In this document: piece after piece, positions 9,460-19,658 of the stretch
Layout: each line of letters opens with the position of its first letter
Position numbering within the stretch: position 1 is the stretch's first letter
NCBI GenBank assembly: GCA_963728205.1
Contig: CAVSIV010000006.1
Span: 768,001 to 832,000, forward strand
Reading direction: 5' to 3'
From: an uncultured Chloroflexia bacterium
GTDB taxonomy: Bacteria; Chloroflexota; Dehalococcoidia; UBA2979
Length of the DNA stretch: 64,000 nucleotides
Notes under the pieces: model-generated
Told to the model about the DNA's origin: nothing
The model's input: only the letters and a program-made list of their open reading frames with translations
Database searches by the model: none
Program-made: the position numbers and the translations under genes

Positions 9460-12084
9460 CTACCGCCGGCGACGCGTCCGCGGCTTCGGCGGCGCCGGCT
9501 CCGTGCCGTTCAGCCGCGCCTCGACCGCGGCCATGCGGTCCTTGAGGCGCTGGTTCTCGTCGCGCAGCTTCTCGACCTCCGTGCCGAGGTTGCGCACGTC
9601 CGCCTGCCGGTCCGCGTGCTCGCGGATGTCGCGCGCGGCGACGCGCGCGGAGCGCGCGAGCCGTCCGTCGAGCGTGCGCTCGCGCACGCGGTCGAGCGTG
9701 GCGATCGCGGCGGGGTCGGCGAGCTTCGCCAGCGCGTCGATCGCGGTGAGCTGCACGCGCAGCGGGTCGCCCTCCGCCAGCTCCTCGAGCCGCTCGCGCA
9801 CGCGCACCCGCTCCGCCGGCTCGCAGTACGGCGCGAGCTCGCCGAGCGCGGCCGCCGCCGCGCGGCGCGCGTTCGGGTGCACGCCCCAGCGCGTGTGCTC
9901 GAGCAGCACCGGCAGCACCGCGATGTCGCGCAGCGCGCCCAGCCCGGCGAGCGCCCCGGCGGTGATCACGTCGTTGTGCGCCGGCCGCCCCAGGACCTGC
10001 CGCAGCCGCCGGTCCACCCCCGGCTGCAGCGTCTTGCCGAGCGCCGTCGCTGCCGCGGCCTGCACGTAGTACGAGCGATCGCCGCGCACCGCCAGCAGCG
10101 CGTCGAGCGCGCGCGCCGCACGCGCGTCGCGGAAGTTGCCCAGCGCCGACGCCACCGCGCGCCGCACCCGCGCCGGCTCCACGGCCACGGCCTCGACGAG
10201 CGCGTCGAGCGCGCCTTCCGCCTTCGTACCGCCCAGCGCCGCCGCGATCTCGGCCCGCACGAACGGCGCCTCGCGGTCGTTCAGCAGCGCCGCCCGCAGC
10301 GCCTCGAACGCGCGCGGCGTGCCGACCTTCGCCAGCGCCTTCGCCGCGTCGATCCGCCCGACCGCCTCCGGGTCGCCGGCCAGCCGCGCGCGCAACTGCC
10401 CCTCGCCCGGCTCGAAGTCGAGCGTCTTCAGCACGCGCCCGGCGGGATCGATCGAGACAAACGCCGGCTCCTCGGCCAGCTCGAACACGAACGCGTGCGA
10501 CGCCTCCGTGACCTGCCGCGTGAACCGCCGGAAGTCGCCGCCGACCATGAAGCCGATCTCGATCGGCGTGCGATAGATCGACGTCAGCGCGTCCGGCTGC
10601 TGCGTCTGCGCGAGGTGCACGGTCGCGAGCCGGTGGTCGCGGTCCCACTCGTACGTCGCCTTGAACTCCGGGTGGCCGGCCTTCCACACCCACTGGTCGA
10701 AGAACCAGTCCATGTTGCGGCCGGTCGCCTCCTCCACCGCGCGCTGCAGGTCGTGCGTGAGGACGTCGCGCTCGCGATGCGTCTCCACGTAGTGGTGGAT
10801 CGCACGCCACCACAGGTCGTCGCCCAGGTTGTAGCGAAGCATGTCGAGCACGACCGACCCGCGCTCGTAGAGGTGGCGGTCGAAGATGTCGATCGGGTCG
10901 CGGTAGACGTTCTCGACGATCGGGCGGCGGTAGTGCTTCGCGTCCTCGTCGAGGTACTGGTTCGCCTTCTCCATCACGTCGTGGCGGAACGCGTCCCAGC
11001 CGCGATGGTGCTCGACGAAGAGCGCGTCGAAGTACGTCGCGAAGCTCTCGTTCAGCCAGCCGTGCGACCACTCGCGGCACGTCAGCAGGTCGCCGAACCA
11101 CTGGTGCGCGAGCTCGTGCGCCGAGAGCGAGTCGCACATCTCGACGACGTCCTCGTGGGCGCGCTCGTCGTGCAGCACGGTGTCGGTCATCGTCGTCGCC
11201 GACGTGTTCTCCATGCCGCCGAAGATGAAGTCGGCGATGGCGATGGTGGCGTACTTCGCCCACGGGTAGTCGACGCCAATCGCGTCCGAGAAGAAGCGCA
11301 CCATCTCGGGCGTGCGGCCGAATGCGCGGCGCAGGGCGGCGGCGGTGCCCGTGGCGCCGTAGTACGGGGTCGGCACGCTCCGCGCGCGGTCCTCGACCGC
11401 GTCGAACTCGCCGGCGGTGAGCGTGACGAGGTAGGCGGGGTGCGGCAGGTCCTGCACCCAGTGGAACGTCGAGCGGCGGCGACGGCGGTCGTCGCGCTGC
11501 GACTCGAGCCGGCCGTTCGAGACGGCGGTCCAGCCGAGCGGGACGGTGGCAACGACCTCCGTGGTGAACTTCTCGCCGGGGAAGTCGAGGCACGGGAAGT
11601 AGTGCGGGCTGTCCTCGGGCTGGCCCTGCGTCCAGATCTGCGTCGGGCGATCGGGGTAGCCCGGGTCGGGCGCGTTGAAGTAGAGGCCCCGGCGGGGGCG
11701 GCAGCGATAGCGGACGACCGTCGTGATCGGCTCGTCGGCCGGGCACGCGCCGCCGAGGTGCACGCTCAGCGTGCGGTCGCCCACCGCGAACTCCAGGCGC
11801 TCGCCCTCGCCGTCCGTCACCGACTCGACGTCGAGATCGACGGCGTCGAAGACCGCCGTGTCGAGCTCGTCGATGCGCGGGTGGAAGGTGGTCGTCGCGA
11901 TGCCGTGGACCTCGCGGTTGCGCAGGTCGAAGTCGAACTCGAGCTTGAGGTGCTCGACCTTGAAGAAGCGGTCGCGGCCCCACACCGGCGCGTCGCCCGG
12001 CAGTGGGAACGGGCGGTGGCGAGGGGTGGCGGCGGCGGGCGACGGCTGCAGGCCGTGGCAGTGCTCGAGTTCGAATTCGCTCAC
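9460..12084 (-). CDS. pepN: M1 family aminopeptidase N with C-terminal HEAT repeats and coiled coil
   Basis: GGMEN exopeptidase motif, HELAHQWFG..WLNESFA zinc motif, YERG; HEAT-like helical tail. Confidence 0.92.
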   Translation of the reverse strand: MSEFELEHCHGLQPSPAAATPRHRPFPLPGDAPVWGRDRFFKVEHLKLEFDFDLRNREVHGIATTTFHPRIDELDTAVFDAVDLDVESVTDGEGERLEFAVGDRTLSVHLGGACPADEPITTVVRYRCRPRRGLYFNAPDPGYPDRPTQIWTQGQPEDSPHYFPCLDFPGEKFTTEVVATVPLGWTAVSNGRLESQRDDRRRRRSTFHWVQDLPHPAYLVTLTAGEFDAVEDRARSVPTPYYGATGTAAALRRAFGRTPEMVRFFSDAIGVDYPWAKYATIAIADFIFGGMENTSATTMTDTVLHDERAHEDVVEMCDSLSAHELAHQWFGDLLTCREWSHGWLNESFATYFDALFVEHHRGWDAFRHDVMEKANQYLDEDAKHYRRPIVENVYRDPIDIFDRHLYERGSVVLDMLRYNLGDDLWWRAIHHYVETHRERDVLTHDLQRAVEEATGRNMDWFFDQWVWKAGHPEFKATYEWDRDHRLATVHLAQTQQPDALTSIYRTPIEIGFMVGGDFRRFTRQVTEASHAFVFELAEEPAFVSIDPAGRVLKTLDFEPGEGQLRARLAGDPEAVGRIDAAKALAKVGTPRAFEALRAALLNDREAPFVRAEIAAALGGTKAEGALDALVEAVAVEPARVRRAVASALGNFRDARAARALDALLAVRGDRSYYVQAAAATALGKTLQPGVDRRLRQVLGRPAHNDVITAGALAGLGALRDIAVLPVLLEHTRWGVHPNARRAAAAALGELAPYCEPAERVRVRERLEELAEGDPLRVQLTAIDALAKLADPAAIATLDRVRERTLDGRLARSARVAARDIREHADRQADVRNLGTEVEKLRDENQRLKDRMAAVEARLNGTEPAPPKPRTRRRR

Positions 12085-12216
12085 GTGGCATCCCTCATCT
12101 CCGCGCGCGGTCGTGCACGCCGTGGCGGTCGGAGGATTGTGCGCCGGCGGCCGGAAGCGCAACACGGCCCGGGGTGGCGCGGCCCCGGCGCGCGGCGTCG
12201 CGGCTCGCCGCACGGC

Positions 12217-12304
12217 AAGCGGCGGCAGACATGCCGCCGACAGATGCGCGGCGCCAGCCGCGGACTGCGTCCGCGTCCTGTCGGCGGCATGTCTGCCGCC
12301 GCTT
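12217..12304. repeat. REP-A inverted doublet (REPIN-like), 27-bp arms
   Basis: aagcggcggcagacatgccgccgacag (12217-12243) and its exact reverse complement (12278-12304). Confidence 0.93.
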
Positions 12305-12361
12305 TGGCGACGGCGGCAGGCGTGACGTCTGCCGCGCGCAGCGACCCGCGTGCGACCGTTC

Positions 12362-12928
12362 CTACCGCGGCAGGCGGTCGAGGTACGCAAGCACCAGGCG
12401 CAGCGCCTCCTGCGCGGCGGCCATCTTCGTCGCCTCGCGGTCGCCCGGGAACTGGCACCGCGTGACGCGGTCCTCACCGTCCGCGACAATCCCGATGTAG
12501 TACAGCCCGCCCGGGCGGTCCGGGTTGCCGGTCGGGCCGGCGATGCCGGACTCCGCGACCACCACGTCGGCGTGCATCGCCGCCCGCACGCCGCGCGCCA
12601 TCGCGCGCACCGCCTCCTCGGAGACCGAGCCGTGCGTGCGCAGCGTCTCCGCGTCGACGCCCATCACCTCGACCTTCGCCGGGCCGCGGTACGCGGTGAC
12701 GCCGCCGATGAAGACCTTTGACGACCCCGGCACGTTGGTGAGCAGGTGACCGATCAGCCCGCCCACCGTCGACTCCGCGGTCGCGATCGTGAGACCGCGC
12801 TCGGTCATGCGCTCGACGACCGCGAACTCGCGGCCGTGCGGTGGGGCGCCGCCGGGGTTCGGGCCGGCGGCGGCGGACGTTGCGGCCGGGCGTTCGGGGT
12901 CGGGGTTCGGCGTGGGGGTTGTCGTCAT
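12362..12928 (-). CDS. CinA C-terminal domain protein (PncC-like NMN deamidase)
   Basis: IATAESTVGGLIG..PGSS..HGSVSEE..AMARG..SGIAGPTG. Confidence 0.88.
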   Translation of the reverse strand: MTTTPTPNPDPERPAATSAAAGPNPGGAPPHGREFAVVERMTERGLTIATAESTVGGLIGHLLTNVPGSSKVFIGGVTAYRGPAKVEVMGVDAETLRTHGSVSEEAVRAMARGVRAAMHADVVVAESGIAGPTGNPDRPGGLYYIGIVADGEDRVTRCQFPGDREATKMAAAQEALRLVLAYLDRLPR

Positions 12929-12969
12929 GCGGGGCTCCTCGCGACGTGCCGGCCCGCCGCGCGGGCCGG

Positions 12970-13515
12970 TCAGCGCGCAGGATAGCCCGGCGCCGCGACG
13001 ATCTTGCCGATCTGCCCGATGTGATCGCGGTCGTGGACCTCCTGGAAGAGAAACCAGCCGCGGCAGTTGAGGTCGCCGAAGAACGCATGCGCGGCGGCCC
13101 CGACGAGGTCCGGCTGCGCGGGCAGGCGCGTCGGCAGCGCGGCGAAGTCCACGGAGTGCTCGGTGAGCTGGCGGCGCAGCGCGGCAATGTCGTACGGGGC
13201 GCTCTCCGGCTGGGCGCCCGGCCCCGTCGAGCGCGCGGCCGGCGCGCCGGAGGCGAGCGCCTCGATCACGCGCAGCACATCGCGCGACGCGTTCAGCGCG
13301 TGGCGTGCGACCTCGACGATGCTCCACCCTTCGCCGGCCGGCTTCCACTCGGCCTGCCCCTGCGAGACCGGCTCGAGCAGCGCGAGCAGCTCGAGGCGCG
13401 CGCGCACGACCGTGGGCCAGAGCGCGATGAAGTCGCGCTCCGCGGACTCGGTGGTGAGGTAGTCGCGCAGGCGAGCGATCTGTCGCGTGCGGGCGTCGTC
13501 CGCCTCGGCGGTCAC
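12970..13515 (-). CDS. DinB-superfamily protein
   Basis: WKPAGEGWSIVEVARH..HAFFGDLN..W..F..HDRDHIGQI; GTG overlaps the upstream stop. Confidence 0.82.
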   Translation of the reverse strand: MTAEADDARTRQIARLRDYLTTESAERDFIALWPTVVRARLELLALLEPVSQGQAEWKPAGEGWSIVEVARHALNASRDVLRVIEALASGAPAARSTGPGAQPESAPYDIAALRRQLTEHSVDFAALPTRLPAQPDLVGAAAHAFFGDLNCRGWFLFQEVHDRDHIGQIGKIVAAPGYPAR

Positions 13516-14267
13516 GAGGCGGCGCCGCCGCGGCCCGTCACGCGCTGCGTCGCGCGGCCGAAGCGCGTGCGGTTGTCGTCGCCGCCGCGCAGCACGAGGT
13601 CCGACTGCGCCTCGAGCGCGGCCGCGTTGCCGGGCGCCGCCGCGTCGATCACGCGCTTCGCCCACGACATCGCCAGCGGCGAGCCCGACGCGATCTGCGC
13701 CGCGATCTCGGCGACCGTGGCGTCGAGCGCATCCGGCGCCACGACGCGGTTCACGAGCCCGATGCGCGCGGCCTCCTCGGCGTCCACGACGCGCGACGTG
13801 TAGATCAGCTCCTTCGCGAGCGCAGGCGCGATCAGCTTCGCCAGCCCGGCCGCTCCGACCACGAGCCCGTAGTCGGCGCCGGGAAAGCGGAACCGCGTGC
13901 GGTCGGTCACGACCCGCAGGTCGCACGCGCACGCCAGCAGCGCGCCGGCGCCGTACGCCGGCCCGTCGACCGCCGCGATGGTCGGCTTCGGCGACGCCCC
14001 GACACGCGCCGCGGCGTCCGCGGAGGGGTTGAAGCGGCGCTGGCCGCCCTCGTACGCGGCGAGCGACTCCGTCATGTCGGCGCCGGCGCTGAACGCGCCG
14101 TCGGTGCCCTCGACGACGATCACGACGACAGAGTCGTCCGCGTCGAGCCGCGCCATCGCGTCCTGGATCTCGGCGGCCATCGCCGCGCTGATCGCGTTGC
14201 GCTTGTCCGGGCGCTCGAGGCGCATGCGGCCGATGCCGTCGTCCACGCGTACCGCGATCAGTGACAT
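13512..14267 (-). CDS. Enoyl-CoA hydratase/isomerase family protein
   Basis: RPDKRNAIS, AFSAGADM, PKPTIAAVDGPAYGAG, IGLVNRVV; GGAGG RBS 6 nt before the ATG. Confidence 0.92.
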   Translation of the reverse strand: MSLIAVRVDDGIGRMRLERPDKRNAISAAMAAEIQDAMARLDADDSVVVIVVEGTDGAFSAGADMTESLAAYEGGQRRFNPSADAAARVGASPKPTIAAVDGPAYGAGALLACACDLRVVTDRTRFRFPGADYGLVVGAAGLAKLIAPALAKELIYTSRVVDAEEAARIGLVNRVVAPDALDATVAEIAAQIASGSPLAMSWAKRVIDAAAPGNAAALEAQSDLVLRGGDDNRTRFGRATQRVTGRGGAAS

Positions 14268-14279
14268 GTTCATCCTCCA

Positions 14280-14329
14280 AGCGGCGGCAGAGATGCCGCC
14301 GACGGGTCGGCGGCATCTCTGCCGCCGCT
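14280..14329. repeat. REP-A variant doublet: perfect 24-bp inverted repeat with a 2-nt spacer
   Basis: agcggcggcagagatgccgccgac-gg-gtcggcggcatctctgccgccgct. Confidence 0.95.
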
Positions 14330-14364
14330 CTGCTTCGTTCGCGGGCGCCTGCCGCCGGGCTTCG

Positions 14365-15636
14365 CTACCGAATGGCGCCCGCGTCGCGGAGCGCGCCAAT
14401 CTCCTCGGTGGAGTATCCGACACCCGCGAGGATGTCGTCGTTGTCGCGACCCAGCGGGGGCGCCGCGCCCTGCACCGCCGGCGGCGAGGCCGTCATCTTC
14501 CACGCCGGCGCAACCATCACCTGCGGACCCGTGATGTCGTGGTCGAGCGCGACCGTGTACTCGTTCGCCTCGACCTGTGGGTGGTCGAGCAGCTCCTGCG
14601 TGAAGAGGACCGGGCTCACCGGCACCCCGCCGCGCTCGAACGCCTCGACCCACTCGTCGCTCGTCTTCGCGTGGATCTGCTCCTCGACATACGCCATCAC
14701 CTCGGCGTCGCGCTGCTGCTGCTCGGGGCTCATCGGGTCGTAGTCGGAGTCGTCGCGGTTGTGCTCGAAGCCGACGACGGCGCGCACCTTCGCGCGCAGC
14801 GACGCCGACAGCGCGCCGACCGCGATGGCGCCGTCCTTCGTGAGGAAGCAGCGGTAGTAGACGTTCCCGCCGGCGGCGCGACGCAGGATCGCGTTGCGCT
14901 CGTCGAGGAACTCGGCGTACGGCGTGCCGTCCGCGCGCGCCCGCTCGAGCGCCTCCATGAAGCCGGCGCGCTGCGCGGCGTCGGCGGCCGGCAGCGACAT
15001 GAACGAGCTGGTCTGCACGGTGAGCGCGTTCGCCAGCAGCGACGTCTCCACCATCTGGCCCTTGCCGGTCATCGCCCGGTAGAAGAGGGCGGCGCAGGTG
15101 CCGAGCGCGAGGGAGTAGCCGGTGCTCCAGTCGGCGAACGGGGGCGGCACCAGCGGCACGCCCCTGTCGTCGACCTTGCCGACGGCCGACATCAGCCCCG
15201 ACGCCGCCTGGACGACGATGTCGTAGCCCGGCCGGTTCGCCCACGGGCCGTTGCGCCCGAAGGCCGTGTTGTCGACGTAGATCAGGTCGGGCTTGATCGC
15301 GCGCAGGGTGTCGTAGTCGATGCGGAGCCGCGCCGCGACGTCGGGCCGGTAGTTGATCACGACGACGTCGATGTCGCGCACGATGCGGTGGATCGCCTCC
15401 TGCGCGCGCGGGTCGGCGACATCGATCGCGAGCGAGCGCTTCCCGCGGTTGAGCGACTGGAACATCTTCGACTCGAGCGGGATGAATTGCGCCTGCAGGC
15501 GCCACGGCTCGCCCTGCGGCGGCTCCACCTTGATCACGTCGGCGCCGAGGTCGGAGAGGATCTGGCACCCGAGGGGTCCGGCGATGATCTGGGTGAATTC
15601 CAGCACCTTGATGCCGGCGAGCGGTCCGGATGCCAT
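14365..15636 (-). CDS. CaiB/BaiF family (class III) CoA-transferase
   Basis: GPLAGIKVLEFTQIIAGP..LSDLGADVIKVEPP, LNRGKRS, NYRP, PGYDIVVQAASGLM. Confidence 0.93.
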   Translation of the reverse strand: MASGPLAGIKVLEFTQIIAGPLGCQILSDLGADVIKVEPPQGEPWRLQAQFIPLESKMFQSLNRGKRSLAIDVADPRAQEAIHRIVRDIDVVVINYRPDVAARLRIDYDTLRAIKPDLIYVDNTAFGRNGPWANRPGYDIVVQAASGLMSAVGKVDDRGVPLVPPPFADWSTGYSLALGTCAALFYRAMTGKGQMVETSLLANALTVQTSSFMSLPAADAAQRAGFMEALERARADGTPYAEFLDERNAILRRAAGGNVYYRCFLTKDGAIAVGALSASLRAKVRAVVGFEHNRDDSDYDPMSPEQQQRDAEVMAYVEEQIHAKTSDEWVEAFERGGVPVSPVLFTQELLDHPQVEANEYTVALDHDITGPQVMVAPAWKMTASPPAVQGAAPPLGRDNDDILAGVGYSTEEIGALRDAGAIR

Positions 15637-15735
15637 GCGGGGCGTACCTTCCAGCGTGCGTGAGAGTCGGGGCCGCGGGGATAGTACGAGGCGCGTCCGC
15701 GGGGGCCAAATTCGATGACCGGGCGGCGTGCCACC

Positions 15736-15846
15736 CGCGCCCTCCCGGACGCGGCCGTGCGCACTTCCGGACGGAACGACGCGCCCTCCCGGACGCGACC
15801 GTGCGCGCTTCCGGACGGAACGACGCGCCCTTCGGACGCGGTCGTG
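15736..15846. repeat. 44-bp tandem repeat x~2.5 abutting the left arm of the RAYT1 element
   Basis: cgcgccctcccggacgcgRccgtgcgcRcttccggacggaacga at 15736 and 15780, partial at 15824. Confidence 0.88.
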
Positions 15847-15847
15847 T

Positions 15848-16619
15848 GTCGTCAAGCGGCGGCAGCATGCCGCCGATGCCACCGACGGCGCGAGCCGTCG
15901 CGGTCACCGGCGCGTCCCGCAATGCCGCGGGGCCCCGAAACCCTCCGGGTGTCCGTCGCCCTCGCGCGGCCGACACTTCACCCCATGCCCCCAGCACCGG
16001 TCGACCGTACGTGGCTCCTGACGTGGACGACCTACGGCACCTGGCTGCCCGGCGACGCACGAGGTTCGAAGATCCGCGTGCGCGACGGCCGAGGCGCGCG
16101 TGCGACGGAGCTCGTTCCCGGGGGGACCCGCAACGCGAATGCGCTCCGAGACGCCGCGCGTGCACGTCTCAAGCAGGACCCGATCCGCTTGACGAGCAAG
16201 CAGGCGGAGGTGGCCGCCGACGCGATCCAAGAGGAGGCGGAGCGGAGAGGATGGACCGCGTTTGCGATCGCCGTGATGGCGAACCACGCACACGTCACCG
16301 TCGGCGTCGCGGGTGACCCCGCCGGCGGATCCCTCCTGCACGCGCTGAAGTCGCACGCCTCTCGCGTGCTCAACATGGAGTGGCGTCGGCCTGCCGCGGG
16401 GACGTGGTGGACTCAGGGAGGCTCGACGAGGGTGCTGAGGTCGGAACCGGCGGTGATCGCAGCCGTTCGATACGTCCGCGATCAGGAGTATCCGCTCGTG
16501 GTGCGGCTCGACACGCGCATGTGGGGTGGCGCCGTGTGAGGTCGTGTCGGGGCGCGGTCGACGGAGCGGCGGCCCTGGCCGCCGCTCGCATCGGCGGCAT
16601 GCTGCCGCCGCTTGACGAC
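15848..16619. mobile_element. REPtron 1: RAYT gene flanked by perfect 32-bp inverted REP-A variant arms
   Basis: gtcgtcaagcggcggcagcatgccgccgatgc (15848-15879) is the reverse complement of 16588-16619. Confidence 0.88.
15985..16539 (+). CDS. REP-associated tyrosine transposase (RAYT/TnpA-REP, HUH Y1)
   Basis: WLLTWTTYGTWLPGD.RG, HUH motif VMANHAHV, LK..ASR.LN, WWTQGGS, catalytic AAVRYV..Q. Confidence 0.88.
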   Translation: MPPAPVDRTWLLTWTTYGTWLPGDARGSKIRVRDGRGARATELVPGGTRNANALRDAARARLKQDPIRLTSKQAEVAADAIQEEAERRGWTAFAIAVMANHAHVTVGVAGDPAGGSLLHALKSHASRVLNMEWRRPAAGTWWTQGGSTRVLRSEPAVIAAVRYVRDQEYPLVVRLDTRMWGGAV

Positions 16620-16690
16620 GGGCGTCGCGGTCGCGCGCGGCGGACGGGGGCGCCGCTTGACGACGGGCGCGGGGGCGCCGGGCCAACCCG

Positions 16691-17965
16691 CTACGCAATC
16701 ACCCCCTGCTCGCGCAGCTTCGCGATCTCCGCGTCGCCGTACCCGGCGCGACGCACGTACTCGTCGGTGTCGGCGCCCAGCCGCGGCGACGGGCCCTGCG
16801 CGGCGAGCGGCGTCTTCGCCATGCCGAGGATCGGCCCCACCTGCCGCTGCGGCCCGCTCAGCTCATGCTCGAGCGACACGATCATCTCGTTCGCCTGCAC
16901 CTGCGGGTCGTCGAGCAGGTCCTCCGGGAACGTCACCGGCCCGGCCGGCACGCCCTCGCGGTCGAAGATCTCCATCCACTCGTCGGTCGTCTTCGACCGC
17001 AGGATTGCCTCGACCTCCGCCACCGCGCCGGCGGCCTTCTGCTGCCACGCGGGGTCGAGCGGGTTGAACTCCGGGTCCGCCATGCCGAGGAACTCGGTGC
17101 CGATCGCCTTGCGCACCTTCGCCCACAGCGACGCCGACAGCGCGCCGACCGCCAGCGCCCCGTCCTTCGTCGAGTACGCGCGGTAGTAGATGTTGCCGGC
17201 GGCCAGCGCACGCATCGGGTTGTGCGCGGCGACGAGCTCCGGGTACGTCGCGCCCTGTGCCTCCAGCTCGTGCACCCGCGCCATCCGCGCGTGCACCATC
17301 TCGTCCGCCACCGGGAGGTCGAACACGATGCTGCCCTGGAAGGCGAGCGCCGTGTTCAGCAGCGTCGACGTGATCAGCTGCCCCTCGCCGGTGCGCTCGC
17401 GGTGGTACAGCGCCGCGCACACGCCCCACGCGATCGCGAGCCCGGTGCCGTAGTCGGCGATCGGCGTCGACCGGATGGGGTCGGGCGCGCCCTTCGGGTC
17501 GACCTTGCCCTCGCCGGCCATCAGGCCGGACACCGCCTGCACGACCACGTCGTAGCCCGGCCGGTGCGACCACGGTCCGCGCCGCCCGAACGCGGTGTTG
17601 TCGACGTAGATCAGGTCCGGCCGGATCGCGCTCAGCGTGTCGTAGTCGATGCGCAGCCGCGCCGGCACGTCCGGCCGGTAGTTCACGACCACGACGTCGA
17701 TCTCCGGCATCAGCCGGTGGACGATCTCTTGCGCCGCCGGGTCCTGCAGCGATAGCACCAGCGACTTCTTGCCGCGGTTGAGCGACTGGAAGTACTTCGC
17801 CTCGCCGGGCATGAACTGCGAGAACTGCCGCCATGGCTCGCCCTCGGGCGGCTCGACCTTGATCACCTCCGCGCCCATGTCGGACAGGTTCTGACAGCCG
17901 AACGGCCCGGCGATGATCTGCGTGAACTCCAGGACCTTGATGCCGTCGAGCGGGCCGCTGGCCAT
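16691..17965 (-). CDS. CaiB/BaiF family CoA-transferase (paralog of 14365-15636)
   Basis: Same motifs; near-identical N-terminus MASGPL.GIKVLEFTQIIAGP. Confidence 0.93.
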   Translation of the reverse strand: MASGPLDGIKVLEFTQIIAGPFGCQNLSDMGAEVIKVEPPEGEPWRQFSQFMPGEAKYFQSLNRGKKSLVLSLQDPAAQEIVHRLMPEIDVVVVNYRPDVPARLRIDYDTLSAIRPDLIYVDNTAFGRRGPWSHRPGYDVVVQAVSGLMAGEGKVDPKGAPDPIRSTPIADYGTGLAIAWGVCAALYHRERTGEGQLITSTLLNTALAFQGSIVFDLPVADEMVHARMARVHELEAQGATYPELVAAHNPMRALAAGNIYYRAYSTKDGALAVGALSASLWAKVRKAIGTEFLGMADPEFNPLDPAWQQKAAGAVAEVEAILRSKTTDEWMEIFDREGVPAGPVTFPEDLLDDPQVQANEMIVSLEHELSGPQRQVGPILGMAKTPLAAQGPSPRLGADTDEYVRRAGYGDAEIAKLREQGVIA

Positions 17966-18171
17966 CGGATCGCCTCCATCTGTGTTCGTCACGCGTCGTC
18001 CACACGAACGTCGGCGGGGCGCGGGGGGCGTGCGCGAGTCCCGGAGCCGTGCCAGCGGATACTAGGACATCGCGACGCAGGGCCGGGAATCACCGCCGCC
18101 CCATCGCGCCGGCGACGCCGCCGGGGCGCGCTCTTGTCGGCGTCCGACCCCCTGCATACGCTGACGCGACC

Positions 18172-19447
18172 GTGCGCACGAACGCCGACCCCGACGACGG
18201 CTCTGGCTTTGCCGGCCTGCCTTTCGGCGCGGAGGCGATCGCTTCGCTGCTCGCGCCCGCCGTCGGCGCGCTGACGCCGCCGACCTCGCTCTCGCCGCTC
18301 CCCTACGACCTCAACGCCGGCGTGCCCGACCGCAGCAGCCTCCCCGCGCGCGACCTCGCCTACGCGGCGCAGGCGGTGCTCGCCGAGGACGCGGCGGGCG
18401 CGCTCACCTACGGCGGCGCCCAGGGCTACGAGCCGCTGCGCGCATGGATCGCCCGCCGCCAGGCCGCCGAGACCGGACTCGACCTCACGCCCGCACAGGT
18501 CACGATCACGCTCCGGCAGCGCGCACGCGCTGGACAACATCGCCGCCACGTTCCTCGGCCCGGGCGACGTCGCGATCGTGGGCGCGCCGTCCTACCCCGG
18601 CGCGATCCGCACCTTCCGCGCGCGCGGCGCGCGCGTCGCGACCGTCCCGCAGGACGACGACGGCATGCGCATGGACGCGCTGGCCGCCGCGCTCGAGGAG
18701 CAGCGCGCGGCCGGCACGCCGGCGAAGCTCGTGTACGTCGTCAGCAACTATGACAACCCCTCGGGGGCGACGCTGCCGGAGGCGCGCCGCGCGGAGCTGG
18801 TCGCGCTCGCCCGCCGCCACGGCGCGCTGATCGTCGAGGACGACGCCTACACGGGCATCGACCTCGACGGGCCGCCGCCGCCGTCGGTCTTCCAGGTCGC
18901 CGAGGGCCGCGGCGTGATGCGGGTGGGCAGCTTCTCGAAGACCGTCGCCACCGGGCTGCGCGTCGGCTGGGTGCTCGCCAGCCCCGAGATCGTCGAGCGG
19001 CTGGTGTTCATGCGCTTCGACAACGGGGCGTCGCCGTTCGTGCAGCGCGTGCTGATGCACTACCTGGCGTCGGGCGGCTTCGAGCCGCACGTGCGGGGCC
19101 TGCAGGCGATCTACCGCGAGCGGCGCGACGTCTCAGCCGCGGCGCTCGTCGAGCACTGCGAGCCCTACCTCACCTTCCGCAAGCCGGCGGGCGGCTTCTT
19201 CCACTGGCTGCGCCTGCGCGACGGGCTGCACGCCGCCGACGTGACCGCGGCCGCGGCGCGCCGCGGCGTCGCCGTCACGCCGGGCACCGGCTACTTCGCC
19301 TCCGGCGGCGGGGACGACCGCCTGCGCCTCGTCTACTCCGCGCTCCCCCCGCGTCACCTGCGCGAGGCCATCACGCGTTTCGCCGCCGCGCTCGAGGAGG
19401 TGGCAAGCTCTTCGCCCGGGGGCACGGCGGCGAACGGCACGGCGTGA
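18172..19447 (+). CDS. PLP-dependent class I aminotransferase (MocR/LysN-like), one frameshift near 18510
   Basis: LTYGGAQGYEPLR before the shift; then PSYPGA, YDNPSG, EDDAY, GSFSKTVATGLRVGW. Confidence 0.88.
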
Positions 19448-19658
19448 GCCGGCTGAGCCGCCACTCTGACCGCCCGACTGCTCAACCGGCTGACACCGCG
19501 CCGTTCCTCCGGCGGCGGGCGGCGGGCGGCGGCATCGGGGTACACCCCACATTGAAGGCTGACATCACGAGACATAGGATGACTGGAATACGCACGTTCT
19601 GACCGGTCCGTGCGTTCGAACACACGTCCAGCAGTGATCAGCCCTACGGAGCCCCCCA

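Noticed and set aside
8444-12465. Long Arg/Ala/Gly-rich overlapping ORFs (1215 aa, 1032 aa, and similar elsewhere)
   Set aside because: Shadow frames of real genes in very high-GC DNA, with no domain motifs.
19586-19630. Possible LexA box upstream of the aminotransferase (cgaacacacgtcc)
   Set aside because: It mismatches GAAC-N4-GTTC, and the gene has no SOS connection.
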